Assembly (NCBI RefSeq): GCF_964355755.1
Contig: NC_092680.1
Location: forward strand, 5,766,001 to 5,830,000
DNA from: Antedon mediterranea
Taxonomy: Eukaryota > Animalia > Echinodermata
Direction: 5' to 3'
DNA length: 64,000 bases
A program made the position numbers and the translations under genes. Below, piece by piece: positions 14,171 to 28,300 of the stretch. The notes beneath the pieces were generated by a model. It did no database searches. It had not been told where the DNA came from and saw only the letters and a list, made by a program, of their open reading frames with translations. Position 1 is the first letter of the stretch, and each line of letters opens with the position of its first letter.

Positions 14171-16644
14171 AGGAGTTTGTCTAGTAGCATTATACATTGT
14201 CAGTTGCAAGTATTTTCTTAACATATCTTCAAAAATTTAGATTTCAAATTTTATTTAATTGCATCTTTTACGAAATATTTCTTGATTTTGTAAAAAAAAA
14301 AAGTTTTGTATTACTGAAATGAATTATTAATATTGTGTATTCTGGATAATATTTCAATTAAATGATTGTCCATTAACTCATTTTACACTGAAGCAAAATA
14401 ATTAAAGAAATTATTCTCTATGGATACCTGATCTTATGAAATATAAATGCCACAGCATAGCATAGTTTTTAAATCTATTTAGTAACACTGTAAAGGGATT
14501 TTTTTCTTGAATTTAAGTGACAACTAAATTAATGTTTATGGAATGATAAACTAAGCTATGCAAGACTCTTAAAACTAATTTCTTGATATGCGACATAAAA
14601 CTCAAAGTTAATTGAAATCTCAAATCTTGGAATTTAAATAATTTAGAATAGAGAAGCAAAAGGATTTTACTTCAATGTTTTTTATGTAACTTCAGGAAAT
14701 GTGAATATAGTCATTACTGATAAAAATGTACCCATTTTAGCACAGCCTATTGTAAGTCCTTGATATATTTTATTTTAAATTGAGCTTGTTACCGTAAACT
14801 CCCATTGTATGAGATGTACTTTCTAGCCTTGTGACTTTTACTTTTTTAAATATATATTTGTGACTTTTACATTGTTTTATATTCAGTGGCATAAGGACTA
14901 TGAGTGTGCCCCTGAGCTTACGGTGGCCCCTCAGCAGGTCCCGCAGAATTAAAATATGCCAAAAAATGTTTGAAAAGCCCAAGGCCTCCAGTGTTGGAGG
15001 GCCACTTAAGGTCCCTTAAACCAGGGATGTCAGGCCTCTGTATTACGCCAGTGCTTATATAACACACTAACAGCACTAAAACTATATGCTCATATAATAT
15101 AGCATCTGTAATGTCATGGTACCATTCACTACATATAGTACAACATCTGTCTTGTTTTTCTACTCCTTGGAAAATCTTTTTATATATTTTTAATTTGAAT
15201 AAATGATAAAAAAAAAAATTACATATTTGTATATAACTAATACTCTATAAATAAATACTACTATATTTTATCTAAATGTATATAATTTTAATTTTTTTTT
15301 ATTACAAAAAGATGATTGACTCAGAGATATTTTTGTGTTGGGTTAAGAAAGACATGATTCGTCATTTTGTTATATTTATTATTTTTGCTTTTTGAGAGCA
15401 ATTATGTTTGAAAACTAAAGATACTTTATTTATTCAATCTCCTGCTCTTCTTTATTTACGTTTTTCAAAGGTCATTCAAGCAACGTTTTCCAGTGATTGT
15501 TGGAAAGGATAAACATAAAAACATAACAGTTTATTTTGATCAATTTTACAATAATTATAAACCACTAACTTGACCTTATCACCTTTTATTACAGTATTTT
15601 GATTGCTTAGTTATTTTTTCTACGATAAAATACAAGAGTATGTTGGTTATTGAAAATGAATGGCAAATACGTTACAAAGGGAAACAATTACTGCACAGTG
15701 GCGGGTCCAGGATATTGAAATAAAGATGTGAAATGAAGTGCTGAACTTAATTTGATGTCCTATCTTATGCATTACAACTTGTGAAATTTAAGAGAGGGCT
15801 CGGGCTAGATCTGCAGTTATCCTATAGCCAAAATTGTCTCAATGAGGATGAATTATGTTGGCAAAAGAAACATCATTATCATGATAACAACCACCATCAT
15901 TATTTTCACAACCAACACACTGTTACGCTCTGATTGTCATGTCTTATTATTATATTACCCACACCACCTGTATAATTTTCAATATCAATAACAAAATCAT
16001 CAAAAAACTTTTAAGTCTCACCATCACCCATAGACCTAATATAGTTATATTATAATCATCCCCTATTATCATAATATTCATTTCACCATCATCATCATAC
16101 GCTTGAAACAAGTGTTGTTTTTTTTTTTTTTTTTTTTTTTATAACATTACTTTGTCAACAACCTCATATTCAACGAAAACTTAATGAATGCCGGCTGCTT
16201 CACTAGCATTGTGTTGTTCCGAGATGTACACTAATTACCTCATTCTGTAGAAAAGGAATAATATTGAAATCAGTTAAATTGTCTCTGAACCTCAATTATC
16301 ATAATGATCTAAGCAGAGAATGACGTGACTTTATTAGGAAGTGCTGATTGCATTAATGTATGTAACCATCCATATTCCGGGAAATTCTACAAACAAACAT
16401 GTTTATTCAAAATTTAAACATCTTCCTTTTTAAATAATTGTATTTCCTTACTGTATATCAATTTCCTTATCAATAATTCCAGCATTTCCTTACCAATAAT
16501 TTTGTATATTCATCAATAATGTTTGTGCTAAATCAGTATTTATCAATTAGTTCTGCTCTAGAAAATTATATTGTTTTATATATTTTATTATAATGATGTA
16601 CTGTGTAATTGGTTATTATGATGCTTTATTAGTAAAGGCACCCG

Positions 16645-16842
16645 ATTCTCTGTATTGTATCTAGATTTCAGTATCATAGGAAAATGCTTTAATACAGCAT
16701 CACATGTATTGCCGATAGTAATATTATAACCTAACCTTACATGATACAGGAATCACATGTGATACAAATAAGATGCTGTATTACTAAATTTGTCTATGAT
16801 TGGGCAAATATTGTAGTATGTGGAGATACTGCACTGAGAATC
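16645..16842. mobile_element. MITE family M4
   Basis: Termini gattctctgtattgtatc / gatactgcactgagaatc with internal cctaacc; second copy at 21170-21382. Confidence 0.6.
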
Positions 16843-19060
16843 TGTTAGGTAAAGAGTAGCATAACGCAGCAAAGTCCCCTGTTTTAGCACTCCTCGGGGT
16901 CCTCCAACGCTGGGTAGTTGCATTACTGCTCAACGCCCCTTAAGCTCTAGGGCCAGTGACCGCTCATAGCCATTGTGTCACTGTAAGTAAAGTAGTATAT
17001 TTAGGACATTGGTAGTGAAGTGCACTGTCACCTGACCGTTTGACCGTCACGTATGTCTAAAAACTATTTTTACGAGGGAAAAAAAAGAACTAATGGTGTC
17101 CAAGCTTAAACAGCGCTAGTATCTACAGTCCAATGTTTAGGTTTTTCTATAAATATCTGTTATTTCACACAAATCAAATGTATGGTAAAGAAACCATATT
17201 ATAGTATGAGTTGAACTTCAAAAATACATTCACCAACAATCTTATTGTCTCACAATGCAGTACATTTTAGGAGCCTTTGTTCTTTTTACAGCATGCATTT
17301 TTTTTTAATACTGCCAGCAACTAGATTTTTATACGACAAAAGTATGTCTTAAAGGATGCCTACTAAAGTACATAACTTTAAAGATTGTTAAATAAGATTG
17401 TTGATACGCTATATACTAGCTCTACTTACCAATCATGGTTTTTTGTCGTGCGCGTATTTTATTTAAGAAATTGAATGAGCTAAGATTTCAGTCTCCTTAT
17501 TATCCAATTATTGTCACATTTTACATACGATGTTTTGATTTATTAGGTATTATATATTTTGCAATATATAATAATGTTGAGTTGTGTATTCTGCTTATTG
17601 CCAAGGTCTTTAAGTGCTTTTTATTATTGTCCCCAATAGATGAACTTCCTGGCAACCATTATTGAAAACGATATTTTGAATATGTTGAGAGAAGACTCAA
17701 TTTCTGTCCTTTTTATGTTGCATTGAGTATGTTTTTTAATGTAACATCAACCAGTAATATAACGATGTTATTGTTTAATTTATTTTGAGAGAAGATTTGC
17801 CTTAATTTCTGTCCTTTTTTTGTTGCATTTTTTTCGTGCAACATCAACCAGGATTAACCATGTTAGAAAGTTTATTACTATTATACAGCAGAAACATTCC
17901 CTTACTTTGTATATCAATTCTCTACTGATTTATTTTACATGTCCACACTGAAATATACATGCTCTTCGTTTTCATTAACAAACTGATAATGATGGTGATA
18001 ACAGCCAGTTAATCTGTTATAATTTATTTGAAAATTGAGATGGTTTACATACAAAGTAAAGTGTTATTACAATTTGTATAAATTCATTACAGCGATGTCT
18101 TTTTCTAAATCTGGTAATTTATTATTTTTACGTGAACCTGTTTATTCTATCAGTAAGAACAGATAACTTGCTGTCTCTAGTCACAACGATTTGTGTATGG
18201 GAAATATATGCATGACTATGCTGGGATGGTTACTTTTCTGGAAAAAAAAAATTATGCGGGCAAAACATGTTCTTTATAAATGTCACCTGTATATTATTGT
18301 TAGTCCTATTCTTTTAGGAATTCTTAATCATACTCTTTCTATGGCGTATTCTCTACTCCATGCTCTTTTACTTGTTTTCCCCTAATTGCCATGCGCAAAA
18401 TATATATTCAAAAGTATTATATTACCTGCCCAAATAGAACTAAAATGCACCAATTACTTAATACCAGATCAAGAAAAAATTCCTCTCAAACTTAGCTAAA
18501 TTTATTCACGAAATTTTGTATTTGCTTAGTTAGGTGTTGCTGTTCGATATATTAATTATGTATAAGTTACACCAAATATTTTATGCCTGGAAGTTGATGT
18601 ATTTAGTTATTTTCTAAGGTTGAAAGAATGTTCTTTCACATCCTGAAAAGAAATAATTTACTGTATATTGTCAATGTCACTCCAAGTCTGTAGTTATTGA
18701 TTTAGGGATAGTATGAAATACCATGTGTGCTAAAATATGAATCTTGTTACTAATAAGTGAAAATACAGTTTAGAAACTAGACTAAGACTAATGTATCATT
18801 CTTAAATTCCCAAAAAGACTTTGAGTGGGTAAATGCCAGTTAGAATACACTGTCACATCCATAAATATGTAAATTTACATAAGATTACTCGGGCACATCC
18901 GTGAATATAAATGTCCGCAAGATTACTCAGGCACGTCCGTAAGTGAATAAATGTCTGTAAGAACACTTCTGGGAAAAAAGACATTTAATCTATAATTGAT
19001 ATTTTCAACATAAGGATGTTGTTTTTTCTATTTTTATTTTTCGCTTTCGTAAAACCACTA

Positions 19061-19240
19061 AGCCTAATTTACACAGACAAGCGGTAACGATAAGCGAAAA
19101 ACCGTGTAGCCTGTCTCGCGTAGAATCTGTATCTATATTGAGCGGAAACCACCGTCCACTTTGCACTTTATGTCAATGGTCATAGAATAACATTGATTCT
19201 ATATTTTTATTGTTACTGCTCGTCTGTGGAAATTGGCCTT
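19061..19240. mobile_element. MITE family M3
   Basis: Imperfect TIRs (agcctaatttacacagac / gtctgtggaaattggcct); homologous copy at 22545-22931 is interrupted by an M2 insertion. Confidence 0.65.
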
Positions 19241-19264
19241 TATACTGTTTTTATCTTTTTGTAG

Positions 19265-20305
19265 GCCTTTCTGGATATCACCACGTCAAGCAATGGTAAT
19301 ACCAGTGAATCCAAAACTTAATGAATATGCCATTCAGGTCAAACAGGATATATACGATGCAGGATTCTGCTGTGAAGTTGACGTTGATGCTGGCGATACC
19401 ATGAACAAGAAGATTAGAAACGCTCAGCTTGCCCAGTTCAATTTCATACTTGGTAAGTTAATTTACTCGAAAAACACTTTTAAATAAAGTAAGGTTTGCT
19501 GTATGACCAGTAATTCCCATAGAGGTAGTATGATTATTAATATAGTATTAACTAGGGAGTAAACTGGTCATAAAATTGATTATATTAATGACAATGCAAT
19601 GAATAAATATAATATATTTGTTCAATTTGGAATCTGAGAATCGCTCAACATTTTGGCAGAGCAGGTGAAATGGTGCGTGAATGAGTAATGGGCGTCAGAT
19701 TCAGATTCAATTTATTAAGTCATTCATACATAGTACAATGATAATTGTTTGCTTGGCAGAAAAACACAAGCAAAACAATACACACATAATATTACATTCG
19801 TGATCAACTTGGAACTAACAACAACAACAACTGATCAAGCAATATAAAAACAACATACCTAATGACCTATCTTTGAAATTCATCGTTGTGTAGTCTAATA
19901 GCGCTAGCGTGATTTCAAACTTGTGTATCTGATTGGTTGATTGAGAAAATAATAATGTATAGTGGTCCTTCTGCATGGGAATCACCTTTTGAGCTATATC
20001 TGTGTTGGAGTTGACTCTCTAGTTATATAATAACTCTATGGTATTTCCTAAAATGATAGTAGGTTGCAAACTATGATTCCCAGAACAATTTTTGTTCCTC
20101 TCAGTTACGCCATAACTCATCATTTCATTTCTTTTCCCATTTCGTTTTCTCTGTAGTTGTTGGCGAAAAGGAATCAACTAACAAAACCGTAAACGTCCGA
20201 ACCAGAGACAACATTGTCCATGGAGAGCGCGCTGTTGTCGACGTCATCAAGAGATTTGATTTTCTGAAACAAGAGAAATTACTAAAGAGTGAAGAAGATT
20301 TTTAA
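19265..20305 (+). CDS. TARS1: Cytosolic threonyl-tRNA synthetase, last two coding exons (anticodon-binding domain); upstream exons lie outside the window
   Basis: Exons 19265-19452 and 20157-20305 have canonical AG/GT ends and splice in phase to (W)[14 protein letters not shown]...[42 protein letters not shown]...EEDF*, matching the eukaryotic ThrRS C-terminus. AATAAA at 20421. Confidence 0.95.
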
Positions 20306-21169
20306 GCTTAATTAAATTGGACACAATCCATATATAAATGGATATGCTTTATTCCACCATGATATCAACATGGGAATTTTTTTCCAATAATTATATTGGA
20401 TAAAAACATAATTTTTTTTAAATAAACCCTGTGACAACAAATTAGATTATATAGCATTTTTTTATTAGAAATTCAGACCATATTTAATTGTTTTTTTTTT
20501 TCAAATTATAAACCACATATAATAATCATATTCCTTTCCTAGCAATGAAATTACCCATACTAGTAAATTACAATATAATTCACTGGACTAATGAAATTTA
20601 ATATAGAATCAACTTGAAAATTCATAATATATGTTAATATTATGTTTTTTTTCTGAACCGATTCTTTTTGTGGGGAAATACATTTTCAATGTTTTTATCA
20701 ACCAAATTCATATAATTTTTAATTTTATTTGAATTCCAACTCTTTTATCGATTTGCCTTGTGTGGCTTAATATTTCACTTAACACCTTGGATACATTTTT
20801 AAATAGGTGCGTTACAAATCCTTTTTATTAGCAAATTATCACACAAACTTGATCCATTCCGAATGGATTTATACCGTTTTTACTCGTAATCATATTTCAA
20901 GAACATTTGCAACATTTGGAACGACTAAAAGGAGGCCATTTTACAAACACATGTATTAAGTATTTTGATTCATTCTAATGTTTTCCTAAGCTATCATTAC
21001 CATCAAACTAATGGATTATAGTTTGAATTTTCTACTCACATTGTACAGACAATTGTCTGCTAGGCCTACACACAGTGATTGTTATTTAAATACTTTTCCC
21101 ATTGAACTATAATAAGGTTTACATTAACTCTCATTTAAACAAATTAATAGTACCCTTGTTTTTTTAGCT

Positions 21170-21382
21170 GATTCTCTGTACTGTATCGTGAATGTATGTC
21201 GTATCATAGGCAAATTGTTTGATACATTGTCACATATGTATCACATGTGACACATGGTATCATAGGGTATAAGCCTAACCTAACCTTAACATAATACAGT
21301 GCAATATGTGATACGTATACGACACTGTATTACAGAATTTGCGTATGATACTAAACACGTGGAGAAACAGTACATAGAATCA
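21170..21382. mobile_element. MITE family M4, copy 2
   Basis: gattctctgtactgtatc ... aaacagtacatagaatc, homologous to 16645-16842. Confidence 0.6.
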
Positions 21383-21764
21383 TCATATACTGTTAAACTG
21401 GCGTCCGGTTTAAAAGTCTGTATCACAAAAATTTAAAATTAATTATTGAAGTTATAGTTATATGAAGTTACATTACAAATTTGGTGATAGATGCTTTTTG
21501 CACTAGTATTGTATTTATTCGGAGGTATAAAATAAAAAATTGATATGGAGCAATTCAATGCATGGTCTTAGAGATTATGTTTGATGATAAATAAGTACAA
21601 AATAAATATTATAAATAAATAGCACATGTTGAAATATGAATTATAAAATGACGACGATTACATCTACTTAATTTTGATTGTGTGTATATGTTAAATTCAC
21701 TTTACTGAAGTAGTGGAATAAAAATCATGCTATTTTAAAATAGTATAATAAAAATTATCAATAA

Positions 21765-22202
21765 AGCTTGTTCCCCACTAGGACGCAACGCAATGACGTA
21801 AGCGCAACGCAACCGATTTGACCAATGACGAGGGACAGTTTGGATAATCCATCACTTGTTAAGCTTGGTTCCCACTAGGACGTAACGCAGCGACGTAAAC
21901 GCAACGTAAGCAATTTAAAGCTTGGTTCCCACTAGAACGTAACGCAAGGACGTAAACGCAACGCAAGCGAATTGACCAATCACAAGCAATGGCTTATTCG
22001 CTTGTGATTGCTAACTGTCTATAACTTCGCTTTGTCATTGGTTAAAACGCTTGCGTTGCGTTTACGTCCTTGCGTTACGTTCTAGTGGGAACCAAGCTTT
22101 ACTAATCACAAGCGATGGATTATTTGAACTGTCACTTGTCATTAGTCAACACGCTTGCGTTGCGTTTACGTCCTTGCATTGCGTTCTAGTGGGAACCAAG
22201 AT
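21765..22202. mobile_element. Nested MITE family M2 copies (PIF/Harbinger-type)
   Basis: Three left ends (21765, 21862, 21919). The complete inner copy 21919-22098 has ~50-bp TIRs AGCTTGGTTCCCACTAGAACGTAACGCAAGGACG. Confidence 0.85.
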
Positions 22203-22679
22203 TTAACAATCGAATACATTCATTGTTGTATTCACTGCTGTAGAGTATTTCGAGTGGCCTCTAACGTTTACCGTATTTGTCGTTACATTTTGGTTTCTCG
22301 TTGATGATGAATAATATAAAGATATATAATGTAGTATTTGTAGACATGTATTGTTTTTTTGCCTTATATTATTTAATTTTTACTATTTATTTCGGATTAT
22401 TTTAATTTTTTTTTTCGGTTTTATGTATAAGTATATATTTCATTTTGGAATTCATCTGAATGTCGTCGAAATAAAAAATATCATGGGAGAAATCAAACGA
22501 CAAATGTCTCGTTCTCAATTTATATTATTACTATTTGTTTTTTTTTTTACACAGAGGAATGGCATTCCTCTGTGTAAATGGTGACGGTAAGCGGAAACCG
22601 CGTAGCTTGTCCCGCGTAGAGAATAATAATGACATGTGTCTATCCTCAGCGGAAACTGTCCACTCCGCGTTGTGTGTAA

Positions 22680-22858
22680 AGCGTGGTTCCCACTAGCGAC
22701 GCAACACAAGGACGTAAGGCAACGCAAGTGAATTGACCAATCACAAGCGATGGCTTATTCGCTTGTGATTGCTAACTGTCTATAACTTCGCTTGTCATTG
22801 GTTAAAACGCTTGCGTTGCGTTTACGTCCTTGCGTTACGTTCTAGTGGGAACCAAGCT
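22680..22858. mobile_element. MITE M2 inserted into an M3 element
   Basis: TAA TSD on both sides; M3 sequence (22545-22931) resumes after the insertion. Confidence 0.85.
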
Positions 22859-23032
22859 TAAATGGTCATAAGGAACATAGATTCTATATATGTTGTATTA
22901 TCGTTACCGCTCGCCTGTGTAAATTGGCCTTTACGATGCTGGGAACTGAAGGAAGGAATTTATGACGATGGTTTATACTAGCGGTGAAATTGAAATGAAG
23001 ATAACATGCTCAGTAGACGAAAACGAATGTAA

Positions 23033-23355
23033 TGTCCCCACTAAAGCGTGGTTCCCACTAGCGACGCAACACAAGGACGTAACGCAACGCAAGTGAATCG
23101 GACCAATCACAAGCGGTGGCTTATTTGCTTGTGATTGCTAACTGTCTATAACTTCGCTTGTCATTGGTTAAAACGCTTGCGTTGCGTTTACGTCCTTGCG
23201 TTACGTTCTAGTGGGAACCACGCTTATAGGGCGCAGCGCACGGACGTAATCGCAACGCAAGTTTACCATTCATACGCGACAGTTCGGATAATCCATCTAT
23301 TGGACGAATTGCTTGCGCTTACGTCGTTGCGCTGCGTTCAAGTGGGAACCAAACT
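23033..23355. mobile_element. MITE M2 (23045-23224) nested in an older M2 copy
   Basis: The older left TIR (cccac|taggg...) is split by a complete copy. Confidence 0.75.
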
Positions 23356-23663
23356 TTTAAAAAAATGTGTTGAGAATAAACGGATTCGGTGGCACTTGAA
23401 ATGGGTGAGTTGGTAAAGACTGTATTGCTTAGCCTAATATATAAAATGAACGTCTGATCCAAGTGTAAAATATTTCTGCTGATTAAGAAATATTTCACTG
23501 CAAATAAATATAAATACGCATTTGACGTTTCATGTTTAATTTGTAACAATTTAAATGAATTGATATTTCACAAATTTTTATCGTCTCTTACTTCCGCAGC
23601 AAAATGAACCTTAATTGATATACAAATCTTGGGCTTTAGCATAATACTGTTGTAGCGCTCTAA

Positions 23664-24177
23664 AGCTTGTTTCCCACTAGGACGCAACGCAAAGACATAA
23701 ACGCAATGCAAGCATGTTGACCAATGACAAGCGACAGTTCGAATAATCCATCGCTTATGATTGGTCAACTCACTTACGTTGCGTCTACGTCCTTGCGTTG
23801 CGTCCTAGTGAGAAGAACCAAGCTTTAACCACGATTCGAGATTTGGTTCCCATGACGTATATGCTACGTAGGTACGCGCAGTAGGCCTACAAGTAATTTG
23901 ACCAATCAAAAGATATTGTCTTGTATTGTGATTGGTCACTTTTTGAGTTTGCGCGTACGTTGGGTTCTAGTGTGGGAACTAAACTTTAAAATCAGTCACA
24001 CTTAAGCTTGGTTCCCACTAGAACGTAACGCAAGGACGTAAACGCAACGCAAGCGTTTTAACCAATGACAAGCGAAGTTATAGACAGCCATCACAAGCGA
24101 ATAAGCCATCGCTTGTGATTGGTCAATTCACTTGCGTTGCGTTACGTCCTTGCGTGGCGTCGCTAGTGGCAACCGCT
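23664..24177. mobile_element. Further M2 MITEs (23664-23824, degenerate 23845-23985, 24005-24177)
   Basis: Same TIRs; TTA TSD around 24005-24177. Confidence 0.8.
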
Positions 24178-25154
24178 TTAGGTTAAGGGAAATACATTAA
24201 GATATTTTTAATGAATATGGCCTAAGGGGTGTTCTGCTGTAATTTAAATAAAACTGTTAATATAGTTTTAAAGCCACAATATTAGGGCTACGATTAACAA
24301 CTATAGATGGAAGATCTAACATGTAGAATAGTTGAAATGTACGTACATGACTTTTTCTTTCTAGAAATAAATCATGGATCATAAAATACCAAATTGATGA
24401 GCTGTGTCTTATTTTTAGGTTGCATCTCCGTATAACAATAATGTTGTGTTAAGGGCTACAGTAAGGTTTTGTTTTTCTGGGTTAATGTCTTTCTTATTGC
24501 GATATTTATTAATAGCACAATTATTTTATTTATGGATGCGCAGATTTGAATGTGTGACGTCAATTTTTTAAGTCGTTAATGTTTATATTGACATTGGTGA
24601 ATTGTTTTAGAATTCTTAAGATGTTAGAATCAAGACATAACTATTTGTTATTTCATAAAGCCAAACCAATTTGCTTTGAATTTAAACCGACAATACGGTA
24701 GGCCTTGCGTTATGTTATTTAAAATAATAAACTTTGTAGACAAGACAAAAAATGTCAGAAAAACAAAACTCATCCGAAATAACCGGAGATTTGCCATATT
24801 AGGGATTTGTTTGTGACGTTATTAATGCGTAGTATAAATAGGCCTAGATAAGACTTATAATTTGATAAATACAGATGGAGAGGTGGCTCTGCAAGAAATT
24901 CTCATAGCGTGAATTAAGTTCCTGGGGTTTGGCCTACGTGGCCTACTGCTTATAGCCGGCCTATCTAGGATGACAAATGATTCGGAATTAAATATTGAAA
25001 TTGAATGAATCATAACTACTGTATCTAATCTAAGCCGCAGCACTTACTATATTAATGATGGAAGTAAAATTGTTAAAACTTGTAATGTAAAATTACCGCA
25101 CACTAGTGTTCATGAATAAATTGGTATTTCACTTCGATAGCACTTCAAAGGCGA

Positions 25155-25225
25155 GTTCTGATTGGCTAAGCACACGAGCAATCGTACTTAAATAACACAG
25201 TACGATTGATCAGGAAGTGTGTTTA
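25155..25225 (+). promoter_or_regulatory. Putative promoter of the BTB-kelch-like gene
   Basis: Inverted CCAAT box (ctgattggct) and ETS site (caggaagtg) about 200 bp upstream of the first coding exon. Confidence 0.35.
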
Positions 25226-25387
25226 CAATGCGATGTCTTTTGGCAGGAACAGACGATGTAAACACGGTATATTATTATAGCTATATACATCATGAAAACA
25301 TCAATTTCAACGGAATCATCACGTATACATATATGTCTATGAGTGTTGTTTTATTCCCACCAGTATGTTACAGAGGATAACGTCAAG

Positions 25388-28300
25388 ATGGGAAATTACA
25401 CGTCTAAAAAATCGACGATACATGTTGTTAGGCAGACCACCGATGTTGATCAAGAAATCCGTAGAATTATCTACGCAATGTCAACCGGTAAGTCAGTTGA
25501 CCTTTTATAAAAGTATCAAACTGAGCCTAGAACAGCCTGTGTAAAGTAACGAGAGATGTACATTAATGCAATCGAGTTAGGCCTAAGTTTGTGCACCAAT
25601 GTAGGCCTAGAATACGATAGTACCGTAGCATAATTTAATCTATAATAAATGTTAATGCGGACACACGTATTATGCAACAATGTTTCTCCATGGTCCAATG
25701 CTTCTTGCATATAACCACTTTACTTTTAGTAAGTATACAGCTAATATATTGAATATACCAGTAAGTGTAGGCCTATGCATTCGGTGTTTCTTTACAGCAA
25801 TTATTCTGGTTTCGAATATAACACGAATATAGGCCCTACAGTTAATAGACTTTTTGTTAATTGTCTGTGCTTCAAAAGATATGCCTCGTGTCATGCTAAA
25901 ATGTCGATGCGGTCTATGCACTTGAAATGTTTGAGCCCATACTGATTGAAATGAAAGATCCGAGAATTATCTGTTGACATGGTGCCCCTCCCATTTAATA
26001 CAATCTTACCAATTGATTATTTTGGTTTTACAACAAAATAATCAATTATTACAGTATAACCAAACATACAATTGTTGGTCAGAAATTTATTTACACAATT
26101 CACGTAGGGGCTTACAGGAAATTTTCAAAACAAGTCCAACAACAAATAATGCTCACTCACAAAGGAAGTGGAGTGTCAAGTGCACTGCGAAACTAACGGT
26201 AAATATTAAAATATTAAAGCCACGAATAAAACAGCACTTATTTATTTATTGGTCATCACTTTTTTATCAGTGGCACACACTGTCGTTAGTGGTGCAACCA
26301 AAATAAAAAAACAATTGAGCAAAATATTGAAAGGAAACAAAACAAAAGCAACAAGAAAATATATACGTATTTGAAGCTATACTAAAAACTATAAACTATG
26401 GAGGGTAACTCCATGTAAAGTAAGTAAAATAGTGTAAAAGTGTTACAATATGCAGAAGAAAAATTAGTTAAAAATAGAAATAAAACAATATATTTTGTGG
26501 TAGGTAAATAGCTCATATAATTTTGTAAAGCCTGTTCCTATAGGCCCAAGAGAGGTCAGATATTTCTTACAATGATGGTCAAAAATTAAATTGTCAAGAA
26601 ACAAGTGGTATTTAGGCCTATACAATAGATCCCTTATCCCCTTCACTATAGTATTTACCTCCATCATGCGCCAATTACACATTATTTACACCCACTGAAT
26701 TATGATATGCAGTGGTATGAAATATGATCACTCATAATTCAATAATACAACTTCCATTGTTTTTGTTAATCCAATATAGTCATGTATAGCCATAGTGATC
26801 GTTCAATATTAACACGAACGATTGGTATAATGGTTAAACAATAAGAAGGTCATAATGCACTGTATATCGTAGGCCTACTCATACTGCTGGCCTATAATAT
26901 ATTAATATTGAGGATAAAAAGCCGGTAATCTTGCCTGGTGGTTTTTTTAAACCTTTTGTGTTTATTTCCTGTTTTTGTTACGGTACGTTCCAAGACAATG
27001 AGTTTTATGTTGATAAATGATATAGACCCTCTTTTGTGAGCATATAGCTTTTATTATAGTTCAATATAATATCTACCTATGGTGTTAGTAATTTATTTCA
27101 TACTTGTGAGTTACAAAAAAACGGGTTTTGTGGTCATCATTGAATTTTATCATTTTGGTAGCGCCCCCCCCCCCCCCCCACCTTTGTTTCCCGTCAACAG
27201 ACAAACTGATTTACCGGCCTAGACTTCAGAAATTGTTTATCAAAATGTTTTGTAGTAAACAATCACTGCCTATAATTACATGGCATATCATAAAGTAATC
27301 TACTTTTTGTGATATTTATATATTTTTCCCATTATCATAAAAAGACAGAAATGACGAGAATGTCATCACTAATATAATCATCGTTATCATTATTATCATC
27401 ACCACCACCATTATGCCACCTCTTATTTAGTACCATAGTTGTCATTGATATCACCATCAACGGCGTCAACCTCATTTGGCATCGGCCTATTTGACTAACA
27501 CAGTCATAACCAATACCATTAGTCTAATTAGCATAATATATACAATATTCCATTTCTCATTAGCATAATATTATATTTGCTATTTCCATTCCATGAAGTG
27601 TTTGTTCTGAGAAAGTACATTTTGAAATAGCATGGTTCTTTGTATATTATAAACCTGGTATAAGCTTTAAATCACCTTGAGAATACAAAGTACCTATACC
27701 TGAAATTGTACCAAGAATCCGAATATTCGCACATTTAATCGCATTTTATCGCACATTATCGCACTGGTTATTTATAAATTAAGGCGAAAGCTGTGTGTCT
27801 TTTTATAATGGTTTAAGCCTATACGTTATATTAATTTGGAAATCGGAAACGTAAACGCATAGGCCTACTTGATGTAGAATAATTTCTATATTGCCTGAAC
27901 AGAGAACATACAGTATGTAGGACCCGCAAATGTTAACATTACCACAAATGTAAGAATTACACGAAAATGTAAAAATAACAACAATGTCAAAACTGCTGAT
28001 AAACTACAAAATGTCATAGCTGGCTGACAAGTTTTAACGTTGTGGTAATTTTTTACCTTTGCGTGCTCTACAAGAGTCATTAACGGTGTTCTGGTTAAGT
28101 AGACCTCCTACATTTTTGTTTCAGGACAAAAATAACATTTTGCTAAATATTAAGCAGAATTCGGTCAAGTTATGAGCGATAGTTGCACGGCTGAATTACT
28201 TAATCAAGAAGGCAACTTGTGATTCTAATTAATTTAAGACGTGACATATGAAGAGTCGTAAATTTCATGAGAACTAGTTTCGTTGATAAATACATGAAGA

